This document shows positions 14,801-27,345 of a stretch of 64,000 bases of DNA, piece after piece. A program made the translations under genes and the position numbers. Source of the DNA: Octopus sinensis. Taxonomy: Eukaryota. The stretch is taken from the NCBI RefSeq assembly GCF_006345805.1, contig NC_043000.1:9486001-9550000 (forward strand), in the 5' to 3' direction. Within the stretch, counting starts at the first letter, position 1; every line of letters begins with the position of its first letter. The notes under the pieces were generated by a model, which saw only the letters and a list, made by a program, of their open reading frames with translations, ran no database searches and had not been told where the DNA came from.

Positions 14801-15690
14801 GCTAAGTGTTTGTTATAACGTAAGGTTCGACCTTCTTACATCAGTATTGTTTCGCAGGAGAAATGTTTTGATTTCTTCGTGAAACCTAACCTACATAGAT
14901 TTCCCTTTCTGTGCTGCTGGGTGTAGTCTATTTACGGCCGTAAATAAGTGTCTTGCTTCACTTTCAATAAGTGTCTTGTTTCAATCTCAGAGATGTTGAC
15001 TTCTGCCACAACAGTTTTGGGAGGCTTTTTACAATGTTGAATTTTCGCTGTCTTTCATTGTGTGCGTATTCATGTATATGCGTGTATTTTCAATGTTTGT
15101 GCGTGAGACGTAGTCCTTTAATGTACAGAGTTCAGTAAGTCTCAGAACAGTCAATAATTTTCCCGGAATTGACAAGTAGCATGATAAAGAACCTGACTTG
15201 TCTTCGAGAGCGTAACGATCTAAAACCATGGCCATATAATGTAACTAAATGTGTTCTTTTAATTAAATCATTTCATTCAGCTCAACCGATAGGTATAGGG
15301 GCTAATGCAGAATCGCACCCCTTTGAAAAACGAATTTATGTGAAAATTTTTTTTCGGATTCCTACCTTTAACAGAGATTCTGAATATGCAAAAATATTGA
15401 CAGAATCCAATTTCATCTTTATTACATTTCACTTATGATTTTTAGACTTTTCTAAGGGAGAATGAGGATGGGAAAGTACTGACGTTTCGAAGAGCAAAGA
15501 ATAATACAAACAATACACTTATTTCAGGATCATCTCTGCACAGCCATTTTTTATTCCCTGTTTATTCTGCATATTCAGAATCTCTTATATGTAAATCGTA
15601 GGAATACGAAAATGTTTTACTGAAAAATTGCCGGGGGGGGGGGATGAAATTAATTGCATGCCCAACGCCGGAAGTCACCGCACGCCACTG
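11894..15690 (+). mobile_element. Full-length hAT DNA transposon
   Basis: 11-bp TIRs caggggcgtgc (11894-11904) and gcacgccactg (15680-15690), with 1 mismatch. Exact 8-bp TSD gtatatat at 11886-11893 and 15691-15698. Contains the transposase ORF. Confidence 0.93.
12598..14739 (+). CDS. hAT transposase, 713 aa (ZMYM1/DUF4371-like with C-terminal hAT dimerisation domain)
   Basis: Uninterrupted ORF. Catalytic motifs LVDETSDVS (D), QTYDGA (D), IHCCAH (CxxH), TRW and SVERSFS (E); RLSGLALMSIE dimerisation motif. Confidence 0.92.
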   Translation: MSEMCAINDIFRTSFSKRDFDGKKLIINRGRPTPNLPNLRSYNKKFTRQFQVNSYEKKKWLTGSVDLNKLFCWPCLLFGLEKNVWNDKGYDDLNNLHMAMLKHERSQRHIKCLIDLKIFGNVRIDLQLDARKNQSIQQHNEKVRRNRSILQRLIDVVIFLGLQELSFRGHFESEGSNNRGNYKELVYLISKYDKQMESHLDTASIFTGLSNRIQNDLIEAIHKVMLNEMQKEIDQAKFVSILVDETSDVSASSQLSTVLRYVTEDCVTKERFIGFNDVSADRSANALSEHVFKCIETWECGNKLIAQTYDGAATMAGQLNGLQAKVRKKYECAIFIHCCAHILNLVLSQSCSAMKECKIFFSTINGLGTFFTKSPKRTNALDNIVKKRFPKATATRWNYSSRLIITTKENYNFIISLFEHIIENPKAWDDITINSAIGFLHTLKAPDFLFLLEVFSDIFSFTDVLFNILQSKSHDIVYCKQQIDKTRTVLENKLDNFSVFYDRLGEKYGVDAGIGIQRSKNISIDPQRHYRMLYNKIISTIVDQIKARYSSLEEFKFMELLNFNKVDEYCKQFPVDSLDSLRTTYGRFFDVIRLQSELNVMYSMKDFKKPSVSHLMSYINSTDLVEAMPELFNLCKLILTIPSTTASVERSFSALSRIKTYQRNATGERRLSGLALMSIEKDLLQELMKREDFYENVIDIFAQKDRRIELIYK

Positions 15691-15714
15691 GTATATATGT
15701 GTGTGTGTGTGTAT

Positions 15715-16081
15715 ACAGACACCCATCCAGTGGAATGCTGAGAGCACCATCCGAGAGTGATCACTGCCAGAGCAGCTGACTGGCTTCTGTGCCAGTGGCA
15801 CGTAAAAAGCACCATTCAAATGTGATCGTTACCAGCATTGGCTTACTGGCACTTGTACCAGTGGCTCATAAAAACACCACTGGAGCATGGCCGTTGCCAT
15901 ACCACTTGACTGACCCTCATGCCGGTGGCACGTAAAAGCATTCTCTACACTCTCGGAGTGGTTGGCATTAGGAAGGGCATCAAGCTGTAGAAACTCTGCC
16001 AGATCAGATTGGAGCCATCTGGTTTGTTAGTCCTCAGTCAAATCGTCCAATCCATGCTAGCATGGAAAGCGGACATTAAAC

Positions 16082-16112
<31 letters not shown>
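15715..16112 (+). mobile_element. Family B RTE 3'-end repeat
   Basis: ggcacgtaaaa repeats, ggttggcattaggaagggcatc, and the tail catggaaagcggacattaaacgatgatg. Confidence 0.7.
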
Positions 16113-16229
16113 CACATATCTGTTATTTATATAGCTATGTATATATGCATATATACACACGTATATATGTATTTATGTACATATATATATGTATTTATGT
16201 ACATATATATATATATGTATATTTGTATG

Positions 16230-16264
<35 letters not shown>

Positions 16265-17277
16265 GTAGGTAGGTAGGTAGGTAGTAGGTAGGTAGGTAGG
16301 TAGGTAGGTAGATAGATAGATAGATAAGTACATACATACATACATACATACATATCCCCATCAATTATCAATTTTTAGCATCTGTTTTGGATGTAGACGT
16401 GAGTCGTACTCTTTGACAGGAACCAACAAGCTGAAGGATTGCACCAAGCCCAAATGTTCACTCCGACAGTGTTTCTACATGTGGATGCACTTCCTGAGGC
16501 CAACCATTCTATAGATTGTATGTGGTGCTTTATCTTGGCATTAACACTAGTGTTTGTACTAAGGCAAGATCCCCTTGACTGAGTGGGTATGTAGTATTGA
16601 GGGAGACAGTGTTATGCCAGATTTTGAAAAGTGAAAGCATGATAAAGGAACATGAATAGGTAAAGGTGTCATGCTGTGAGAGGGATATATGGTTTCGCTT
16701 GTTGGAAATATAGAGCAACAGAGAAGGGGAGAGCACTACCTTAATGTAGAAGCTAAATATAAGAGAGAACAGGGATTGAATATTGGAAATAGTGGGTGAG
16801 TAGGTAAGCACACGAGAGCATGAAAGAGATGTTACAATAATTATACTCAGCAAATAAGCAAAAATATTATCAATTCACATGAAGTGTGTTGGATAATATT
16901 TTTGCTCACCCACTGAGTATAATCATTGAATCATAAAGTATTCCTGTTAGCGTTGAATGCATTATAGCACCAATGAGTTGCTGTATCCTGGAAAGAGTTG
17001 TTTGTTATACAAATGTACCATGGCCACCCACAAATGCCTGTCCAATTTTTGTCTATTATTTACTTTAGGTATTATTTCTTATAGCCAATGTTTGTTCTGC
17101 TTGACCTTTTTATCCTCATTAGGATTCCGGCCAGTCCATACACTAATTGTGTACATATCTTTTCCATGTTTATACTAGTGCCTTCTCATTCCTATATCTA
17201 TATCTATCTATCTGTCTGTCTGTCTGTCTGTATGTATGTATCTATGTATCTGTGTATGTACACATGTTTGTCTGTGT

Positions 17278-17429
17278 AGTAAGTAGCTTGCTTACGAACT
17301 ACATGGTTCCTGGTTCAGTCCCACTGTGTGGTACCTTGGGCAAGTGTCTTCTACTATAGCCTCGGGCCAACCAAAGCCTTGTGAGTGGATTTGGTAGATG
17401 GAAACTGAAAGAAGCCCGTCGTATATATG

Positions 17430-17481
<52 letters not shown>

Positions 17482-17698
17482 ATATATGCATGTGTGTGTG
17501 TATGTTTGTGTGTCTGTGTTGTCCCCTCAACATCACTTGACAACCTATGCTGGTGTGTTTACATCCCTGTAACTTAGCGGTTCGGCAAAAGAGACCTATA
17601 GACTAAGTACTAGGCTTACAAAGAATAAGTCCTGGGGTCGATGTGCTCGACTAAAGGCGGTGCTCAAATGACTGAAACAAGTAAAAGAGTAAAAGAAT
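17278..17698 (+). mobile_element. SINE family A
   Basis: gtagtaagtagcttgc..ggttcagtcccactg..caaatgactgaaacaagtaaaagagtaaaag. Confidence 0.8.
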
Positions 17699-17727
17699 AA
17701 TATACATATATGTATATTCATTTATTC

Positions 17728-17943
17728 ATTTACTTCTTTCGTCATTTGACTGTGGCCATGCTGGGGCAGTGCCTTTAGTTGAACAACTCGACCCCAGTAC
17801 TTATTTTTTATAAGACTATTACTTATTCTATTGGTCTCATTTGCCAAACCACTAAGTAAGGATGACGTAAGCACACCAACATCAGTTGTCAAGCGATAGT
17901 AGGAGTGACAAGCACAGACACACACAAATATATACATATATAC

Positions 17944-17976
<33 letters not shown>

Positions 17977-18135
17977 CATGATGGCCTTCTTTCAGTTTCC
18001 ATCTACGAAATCCACTCACAAGGCTTTGGTCAAGGCTATAGAAGACACTTGCCCAAGGTGCTACACAGTGGAACTGAACCCAGAACCATGTATTTGGAAA
18101 GCAAGCTTCTTATCACACAGCCATGCTGCGCCTAT
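17728..18135 (-). mobile_element. SINE family A, inverted relative to 17278-17698
   Basis: gtcatttgactgtggccatgctgg..gccttctttcagtttccatctac..acacagccatgctgcgcct. Confidence 0.75.
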
Positions 18136-19174
18136 ATATATATATTTACACACACACACACACCACACACACACACACATACACACACACACACATATTT
18201 GCTTGTGTGTGTTTGTGCAGATAGATAAACAGACAGACAGACTGATAGACAGACAGATACATAGATAAATACCCATATATATTTATGTATATATATCTGT
18301 ATATGTATACTCACATGTATGTCTTTGTATATACATGTATTTATATACTTACGTATATATAAGTAAATAAATGTGTGTATATATGTGTGTGTGGTGGGGG
18401 TCGTGTGTGTCTTGTTGGATATGCAAGGGCACCTCAAGGCCTTTCTTTGCTGTATGAATATTGGACTTTTTTTCACATCACTTTGTTTAACCTGATCCAA
18501 CTATTTGCATTCCTTGTGATCATAGATATTGCCTTTTGGCAGCCATCATCTCTACATCTCTACCTGAATGTTAGATTAAAGTTTATGCTTCCAAATAAGT
18601 TTCTTTTGCAAACAATTGACCTAAGCCTAATTGCAATATTTAATGCATATTATCTTCATCTCTCATTTGATCTCCTAATAAATGCTATTTTAGTGTGGTG
18701 GTAATATATTCTTCATTGGATGTTCACAATACGTAGGTTGCATGTGAAGACAGTGACCACACTAAGCAATAAATGAGTTTTCAAATATTTTATTAACACA
18801 CATCGTTTATATTTACAAGTGTACATCCAATAAATTAAGGGAACAATGTTCAATGAACATAATGGTTAGGAATCTCCTGTAATATAACTTGTTATATAAT
18901 ATTATGAAAGTAGTGTGTGTGTTACTTGACTCTACAAATTAAGGTTGGTACCTTTTATTGAGTTCAATATAAGCATGTTACGTAAAGAAAAGTGGAAGAG
19001 GAGAAGAGACCGACTTACTAAGACAAGGGACAAAGATTTCCCTAGATGACTGAGTAGTACTGACCTGAGATTGAACTTACAAACTTTTAAAGCTGAAAGC
19101 ATCCTTTCTAGAATTTTCAGTAAACCTGTTTGGTGGGAAAACTCACATTGCTTAGTTTTATTTTTCAAATAAAA

Positions 19175-19571
19175 GGTGCAGGAGTGGCTGTGTGGTAAGT
19201 AGCTTGCTTATGAACCACATGATTCCGGGTTCAGTCCCACTGCATGGCACCTTGGGCAAGTGTCTTCTACTATAGCCTCAGGCTGACCAACGCCTTGTGA
19301 GTGGATTTGGTAGACGGAAACTGAAAGAAGCCCATCATATATATGTATGTATATATATGTGTGTGTATTTGTGTCTGTGTTTGTCCCTTCAACATCACTT
19401 GACAACCGATGCTGGTGTGTTTACGTTCCCGTAACTTAGCGGTTCGGCAAAAGGGACCGATAGAATAAGTACTAGGCTTACAAAGAATAAGTCCTGGGGT
19501 CGATTTTCTCAACTAAAGGCAGTGCTCCAGCATGGCTGCAGTCAAATGACTAAAACAAGTAAAAGAGTAAA
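19175..19571 (+). mobile_element. SINE family A
   Basis: Complete head-to-tail copy. Confidence 0.8.
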
Positions 19572-19852
19572 TATTGAAATCATTTGCATACATGGAAATG
19601 CTTCAAACAAATGGTAATACTCTGTTAAAAATCACTGAGTTCAGGTTTTGCCAAGGTTGACTTTGCCTTTAATCCTTACACTATTGTTAAAATAGGTACC
19701 AGTTGAACACGAGGACTGATGTAATCAATTTACTACCTCCCCACCCCCAAATTTGTGGGCCTGGTGTCAAAACTTGAAATCAATAATTATTTTATTTTAA
19801 TTATCTATTTCTTTTATTGCAATTTTAATTTGTCATTTTATTTCTTTTGCAG

Positions 19853-20884
19853 ATGGAAAATGTTCAAGCAAACAATCGTCGAAGAGTAATGAGGCGCTCA
19901 TTGAGACAAACGAAAAATTACCATCATCGCCACAAAACAAAGCTAATATATGTATCGAAGAAGTGTTACAGAAAGTAAATCAGTGTTTGAAAAGACTCAG
20001 CACTCCAGAAGACATAGATATACTAAACACAGACTGTTATAATGATATTAAAGTTGTGTGGGAAGCTTCGCAGTACAATCCAAACATCCATATACGTAAA
20101 TCAGTGGCCTTATGTCTTTACCAATCAAAGTTTGTCAAAATTTTCAAAAACATTTGGCTCTGTGTACACCAAGTTCACATCTTTCACAAAGATAATATAA
20201 AACAGTGGCGGAAACTAAAGAAAAGCTTGTCGGTTCTATGGAATACATGTGACATAAACAGCGAAGTATGTCAAGACGTTTGTGACAATGGTTTAATCTC
20301 AATACTCCTGCATGCACTTGTGAATGTTTCAAACACACGATACTCTGAGGATGACAAGAAACAATATTACGTGAAAGCCATTCTAGGAATTATGCACAAT
20401 GTTGTACGTCACAATAGCGATGGACGTTTACTTCTGCGTGAATGTGGTGGAGTTCGGGCTCTTCAACATTTGTTCAAGTCAGATCTCGACATGATCCGTG
20501 CTAAATCTCTCATCGTACTCTCTTATGTTGTCGATGAGACGGAGAGTGAATTGCTCAATTCGAACAGTGACCTGCTCAGTTTTATTTTGGATATTTTCGA
20601 TAGGGCATTAAACTCCCCTAATCACTTCAGTAGCAAATATGGAATGTGTGTAACAGAAATTCTCAGGGGTTTATTTAACCTGTCTGCAAGTGATGTCAAC
20701 AAAGTGCAACTGGTTCAGAATGGTATCTTAACATTTTATGTTCGTCTTTTACAAGAAGAAAATCTATACATAAACAATCCCCTTTCTGAAGAGGAAATTC
20801 TTTTAGTTATAAATGGACTTTGGGCACTTTCTTTCAATGGCAAGAACAAAGCATTAATTCAAAAGGAAGCAGGATGTCTTGAAG
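19853..20884 (+). CDS. ARM-repeat/TIR-domain protein, large exon encoding the ARM-like region (344 codons)
   Basis: A polypyrimidine tract and AG at 19851-19852 precede it, and the donor GAAG|GTACGT is at 20884/20885. The frame is open: GKCSSKQ..LSVLWNTCD..YVKAILGIMHNVVRH..GGVRALQ..GLFNLSASDVNKVQLVQNGIL..INGLWALSFNGKNKALIQKEAGCLE. This is helical ARM-like periodicity. The ORF-track tail after 20884 is intron. Confidence 0.85.
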
Positions 20885-21111
20885 GTACGTATGAATATAT
20901 GTGTATGTATATGTGTGTGTGTATATTTCTATGTATATATATATATGCATGTGTATATGTAAAATACTACATTTTTCTTGTCTCCCTTTTTAGCCTACAT
21001 TCACACCTCCAACCATATCCCCAGTTCTATGTCTTCCTCTCACAATACAATTACACCTATACACCTACCAACCTTCACCATCCCATACCACTACACTCCA
21101 ACACCTGCACA

Positions 21112-21147
<36 letters not shown>

Positions 21148-21151
<4 letters not shown>

Positions 21152-21372
21152 CTTTACTACCCACAAGGGGCTAAACACAGAGTGGACAAACAAGGACAGA
21201 CAAAGAGATTAAGTCGACTACATTGACCCCTGTGTGTAACTGGTACTTAATTCATTGACCCCGAAAGGATGAAAGGCAAAGTCGACTTTGGTGGAATTTG
21301 AACTCAGAACGTAACAGCAGACGAAATCCTGCTAAGCATTTCACTTGGCTTGCTAACATTTCTGCCAGCTCA
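21148..21372 (-). mobile_element. tRNA-headed SINE (family C)
   Basis: Reverse of gagctggcagaaatgttagc..gttctgagttcaaattcc..gcctttcatcctttcggggtcaat..agtaccag. Related copies at 30744-31159, 52646-52732 and about 62050-62260. Confidence 0.75.
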
Positions 21373-21376
21373 CCCA

Positions 21377-21425
<49 letters not shown>

Positions 21426-22169
21426 CTACACACATGCCTATATAAAACTACATGTACACACCTCCTATCTATGTCCATCTCAGTATATAGACACACTTTT
21501 ATAAGCTCATATACACCCCTGCCCCTCCTTTTTTCCTAACTTCCCCAGTAGAACCATATCATCACTTGGTACCTAATCTCTGCTTTTTATTATCCATTAA
21601 TAATTTTTTTTTTTCACTCTTTCTATTTCTTTTCCATTTCTTTTTTTTTAATGAAGAACTAGTGTCTGGAACAAATAAAACTTAACGTAATTAACCCGTT
21701 ATTTTGTTTATTTTTAAATCCATTTCCCCCTTTTGGCCACCCCTATTACCACCCCACTTTTCTTTAATACTCCTCCCACTGGATCTTTCCACCACACCCA
21801 AGTGGGGCAATAGCATTCACTTTCAGAACTACTGGGCTCTTTTCTTTTTAAATGTAAAATAATACATTTGTTTAAATTTGTTCCTCCCATATTGCCTTCA
21901 TTACCCCCACACACACACACACACACTCACACACACAGTCAGTTTCTAGAATTGCATTTTTTCTTCTTGTTTCAATAAACTACTTATAGTGGAGCCTTCA
22001 TTACAGACAGTGTCATTTGTTTCCAATTTTCTATGAAAACATGTCACCTCTTAGGGAAATATTACCTTGCTTGGAAAGAAGTGATAGTTGGCTGCAAAAA
22101 AGGCCTCCAGCTGAAGAAAATCTGCCTCAGAGAATTCAGCTTGGAAAAGTAGAACAATAAAAAGAATGA

Positions 22170-22380
22170 TGGTGGTGATGGTGGTTGTGTTGTTGTTGTT
22201 GTTTTCTTCTTCTTCTTCTTCTTCTTCTTCTTCTCTTCTTCTTCTTCTTCTTCTTCTTCTCTTCTTCTTCTTCTCTTCTTCTTCTTCTTCTCTTCTTCTT
22301 CTTCCTCCTCCTCTCTTCCTTTTCCTTCTCCTCCTCTTCCTCCTCCTCCTCCTCCTCCTCCTTCTTCTTCTTCTTCTTCC
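22170..22380. repeat. (TTG)/(CTT)/(CCT) trinucleotide microsatellite
   Basis: Directly visible; it explains the poly-E/K/R/S/L ORFs. Confidence 0.95.
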
Positions 22381-22768
22381 ATCCAGGACTCACGCCACAA
22401 AAAATAATCCCTAATTCAAGCCTACTCTAAGCTGTTGTTGTTGTTGGTGGTGGTGGTGATGGTTGTGCTTTCTTGAGCAAATGTAATGTTGACACACAGA
22501 TGAGTTCTGCCTCAGTGCTTACCATACTGGCTTAATAAGACTTTGAATACTTCTTTTGTATTGCAATAATAAAGTTCTTTGATGATAACAGAATATTACT
22601 CTATTTGTAACACTTAAGGTAATTCATAATTTGAAAAGAAGCATCAGATACAAAACACATTTAAGATTTTCAGAATCAGTTTTATATAAAAAGATTTTTT
22701 TCAAAATTAGCAACAAAAGAATTGTTTACTATTAAATGTGACCAGTTGTGATTTAGCAAAAAGTTCCT

Positions 22769-22980
22769 CTTACTCTTTTACTTGCTTCAGTCATTTGACT
22801 GCAGCCATGCTGGAGCACCGCCTTTAGTCGAGCAAATTGACCCCCAGGACTTATTTTTTGTAAGCCTGGTACTTATTCTATCGGTCTCTTTTGCCGAACC
22901 ACTAAGTTACGGGGACATAAACACACCAGCATCGGTTGTCAAGTAATGTTGGGGGGACAAACACAGGCACAGAAACATGT

Positions 22981-23030
<50 letters not shown>

Positions 23031-23194
23031 GACAGGCTTCTTTCAGTTTCCATCTACCAAATCCACTTACAAGGCTTTGGTTGGCCTGAGGCTATAGTAG
23101 AAGACACTTGCCCAAGGTGCCACGCAGTGAGACTGAATCCAGAACCATGTGGTTGGTAAGCAAGCTACTTACCACACAGCCACTCCTGCGCCTA
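22769..23194 (-). mobile_element. SINE family A
   Basis: Tail ttactcttttacttgcttcagtcatttgactgc through the head accacacagccactcctgcgcct. Confidence 0.8.
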
Positions 23195-24270
23195 TAGTTG
23201 TAGAATTTTTAACTAAACTTCCTATAGAACAGTAGATGCAGGTATGGTTAAGAAGTTCACTTTATGACCACAGTCCCATTGTGCAGTACCATAAGCAGGT
23301 GTCTCCTACTGTGGATCTAGGTTGACCAATGTCCCGTGAGTATATTTGATTGACAGAAACTGTAGAAGTGCATTCAAAATAGGTGTAATTAGCTTTCTGA
23401 TAGTTCTAATATTATGCAGTTCAATCTAGCCCAATAGTTCCCAAAATGGATGGTACTATCCCCTTGGGTGTGGTGGAAAGATCCAGGAGCATTGAAGAAA
23501 AGTGGGGCAGTAATGGGGTGACCAAAAGGAGGAGATGGATGTAAAAACATGAAAATAACAGGTGACTTAGGTTAAGTTTTATTTGGGAAATATGGTTGTT
23601 TTGAATTTGCTACAGAAAGTGGAATATGTTTGTGGTGTTGAGTATGGTGGGGTGGGTGCTAGGAATGTGATCTAGGAATATTGGGGTGTCTATATCCCTG
23701 TAACTTAGTAGTTCAGCAAATGAGACTTATAGAATAAATACTAGGCTTACAAAGAATAAGTACTTGGGTCAGTTTCTTCGACTGAAAACTCTTTAAAGTG
23801 GTGCTCCAGCATGGCCACAGTCAAATGACTGAAACATGTAAAAGAAAGGATACACAACACACACACACAAACATAACATATGACAGAAAGAGAAACAAAA
23901 TGGAATTCACGAGATTCTTTACTATTCACTGCAATCAATTTGACCTGTTGTGCATCAGTGCTTCACTGGTGAAATGCTGCACAAACAGTTGTGATGCATC
24001 ATTGGTACAGATATGTCTCATCAGGTGATTTGTCAAAAGGTACCTTTTTTTACAATCTCCATTTCACTTACATTGATTAGAATACATTTTGTTAGTTGTC
24101 TGTAATACCTGCATATATATCAATATATCGATATACATACATACACACACAAACACATATATATGTATATATATCAATATATATGTATATGTACATACAC
24201 ACACACACATACACACACACATACACACACACACATATATATGTATATATATATATATATATGTGTGTAC

Positions 24271-24303
<33 letters not shown>

Positions 24304-25549
24304 ATATACGACAGGCTTCTTTCAGTTTCCATCTACCAAATCCACTTACAAGGCTTTGGTTGGCCTGAGGCTATAGTAGAAGACACTTGCCCAAGGTGCC
24401 ACGCAGTGAGACTGAATCCAGAACCATGTGGTTGGTAAGCAAGCTACTTACCACACAGCCACTCCTGCGCCTATAGTTGTAGAATTTTTAACTAAACTTC
24501 CTATAGAACAGTAGATGCAGGTATGGTTAAGAAGTTCACTTTATGACCACAGTCCCATTGTGCAGTACCATAAGCAGGTGTCTCCTACTGTGGATCTAGG
24601 TTGACCAATGTCCCGTGAGTATATTTGATTGACAGAAACTGTAGAAGTGCATTCAAAATAGGTGTAATTAGCTTTCTGATAGTTCTAATATTATGCAGTT
24701 CAATCTAGCCCAATAGTTCCCAAAATGGATGGTACTATCCCCTTGGGTGTGGTGGAAAGATCCAGGAGCATTGAAGAAAAGTGGGGCAGTAATGGGGTGA
24801 CCAAAAGGAGGAGATGGATGTAAAAACATGAAAATAACAGGTGACTTAGGTTAAGTTTTATTTGGGAAATATGGTTGTTTTGAATTTGCTACAGAAAGTG
24901 GAATATGTTTGTGGTGTTGAGTATGGTGGGGTGGGTGCTAGGAATGTGATCTAGGAATATTGGGGTGTCTATATCCCTGTAACTTAGTAGTTCAGCAAAT
25001 GAGACTTATAGAATAAATACTAGGCTTACAAAGAATAAGTACTTGGGTCAGTTTCTTCGACTGAAAACTCTTTAAAGTGGTGCTCCAGCATGGCCACAGT
25101 CAAATGACTGAAACATGTAAAAGAAAGGATACACAAACACACACACACAAACATAACATATGACAGAAAGAGAAACAAAATGGAATTCACGAGATTCTTT
25201 ACTATTCACTGCAATCAATTTGACCTGTTGTGCATCAGTGCTTCACTGGTGAAATGCTGCACAAACAGTTGTGATGCATCATTGGTACAGATATGTCTCA
25301 TCAGGTGATTTGTCAAAAGGTACCTTTTTTTACAATCTCCATTTCACTTACATTGATTAGAATACATTTTGTTAGTTGTCTGTAATACCTGCATATATAT
25401 CAATATATCGATATACATACATACACACACAAACACATATATATGTATATATATCAATATATATATGTATATGTACATACACACACACACATACACACAC
25501 ACATACACACACACACATATATATGTATATATATATATATATATATGTG

Positions 25550-25575
<26 letters not shown>
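23010..25575. repeat. Near-identical tandem duplication of about 1.28 kb
   Basis: gacaggcttc occurs at 23031 and 24310, and ttgttagttgtc at 24089 and 25369. The intervening sequence is essentially identical, and the ends lie in (TA)n tracts. Confidence 0.92.
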
Positions 25576-25597
<22 letters not shown>

Positions 25598-25934
25598 CAT
25601 ACATATATATACACATATATGTATATAGATACATATACATACACACAAACATATACACATACATGCACACACACACATATATGTATTTTATCATGGATTG
25701 ATATGGATTGATATGAGCTGGCAAGTCAGAAGACTGTGCCAAGCTCTGCTGTCCTCTTTGGCATGGTTTCTACAGCTGGCTGCTTTTTACTTGACACCAG
25801 CAGCAACAGTGAAGTCACCAGATAATTTCTAAGACACCCCCTTCTCAATTGAAGGTGGTAGGAGGGTCTAGTATTGAGGAAGGTGCCGTTATGCTTGAGG
25901 AAAGTTCAAATTATGAGTGGAGAGACAGAAATAG

Positions 25935-25945
25935 GCATCATCATT

Positions 25946-25980
<35 letters not shown>

Positions 25981-26250
25981 TGTTTAACGTCTGCCTTCCA
26001 TGCTGGCATGGGTTGGACAGTTGGACAGGAGCCGGCCAGGTAGGAGCCTACACCTGACTCCATGTCTGTTTTAGCAGGCTTTTTATGGCTGGATGCCCTT
26101 CCTAACACCAACCACCCAGCAGAGTAGACAGAGTGTTTTTATGTGACACAAGTACAGCTGAGGTCAGTTTTAGCATGGTTTTTACAGCTGGATGCCCTTC
26201 CAAATGCCAACCACTTTACAGTGTGGACTGGATGCTTTTTACGTGGCATC
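25935..26250 (-). mobile_element. Diverged family B RTE 3'-end repeat
   Basis: (cat)n tgtttaacgtctgccttccatgctggcatgggttggac..ggctggatgcccttcctaac. Confidence 0.65.
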
Positions 26251-26599
26251 CAGTTCACACTGTGAAATGGTTATACAAGGCTACTTCAGTAGGAGAGAGA
26301 GAGAGAGAGAGAGAGAAAGAGGAGGATAAGGTGAGTTGGTGGGTAGGTGTGCAAGATTGCAAAAGGAGTGTGGGAGCTGGAAGTGAGGAGTTGTTAGGAG
26401 GATATGCATATATATATATATATACACATAAGTGAGGGTGCATGGTGTAGTGGTTAGTGTGCTGCACTCACAATCATGAGATCATGGTTTCAATTCCGAG
26501 ACCAGCTTGTGTGTTGTGTTCTTGAGCAAAACACTTCATCACATGCTGCTCTGCAATCACTTACACACCTGACATGTGGTACACCTGTATATATATATA

Positions 26600-27345
26600 C
26601 AGGGTGCAGTGAATAAACTGTCGTCTTAATTACACAAAAATGAACATAACACTGACATTTAATTTTAACAGGTATATTTACCAAAATTACATGAAAATAT
26701 CTTGAAATACTACAAAATAAATTTATTCAATAAAATCATCATTGACTTCAACAAGAGCCTCCAGATGATCTCAAAGTCTCCTGCAACTCTTCTGGACAGG
26801 CTCCTTGTTTAAGTTGGTGAATGCTGCCATAATCCTTACCTTCAGTTTATCTTTGGTGTTATAAGAACTTTTGGTCTCTCACTCAACTGTGCCCCACACA
26901 TAATAATCGAAGGGGTTGCAGACTGGAGAGTTAGTTGGCCAGATGTTAGGGGTAATGTGGTCGCAGAAATTGTCTGACAGCCATGAGTTGGTTCTCTTGC
27001 TTTTGTGGCATGGTGCAGAGTCCTGTTGCTAGAAATAGGGTCTTCCAGCAGCCATCCTCTTGATCCATGGCAGCACTACCTCCTCTATGCACTTGATGTA
27101 GGCCTCCGTGTTGAGTCTGAGGCTGTGTGGGAAGATGAATGGAGATATAACGTCGTTATCACTAGTGATCACTCAAAACATCATGATGTCGACTGGATGT
27201 TTGATTTTTATCACTCTCAGTACATGTCCTCAGATTGCACTGTCCTCGAATTGACATCTAAAAGACTTTGAAATGTTTGTATCGGAGCTTCTGGTATGAA
27301 TACCAAGCAGTATAGCATGTCATTTCCAAATTTTTGGCAGAGTGA
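26600..27345 (-). mobile_element. Tc1/mariner-superfamily transposase 3' remnant with one terminal repeat
   Basis: The - strand reads NIWPTNSPVCNP..YYVWGTVE..KVRIMAAFTNLNKEPVQKSC, a variant of the WPxxSPDxNP motif. The left end is TA|cagggtg. Confidence 0.7.

Noticed and set aside
15470-15530. gacgtttcg (GAAACGUC on -) within the hAT 3' region
   Set aside because: There is no CUGANGA partner at a suitable distance; likely chance.
16530-17178. ORFs 16530-16853 and 16957-17178 as exons
   Set aside because: No recognisable motif and no supported splice pair in phase with the gene.
20885-21174. C-terminal 96 aa of the 403-aa ORF 19963-21174
   Set aside because: It follows a strong GTACGT donor and runs through microsatellite and SINE sequence, so it is intron read-through.
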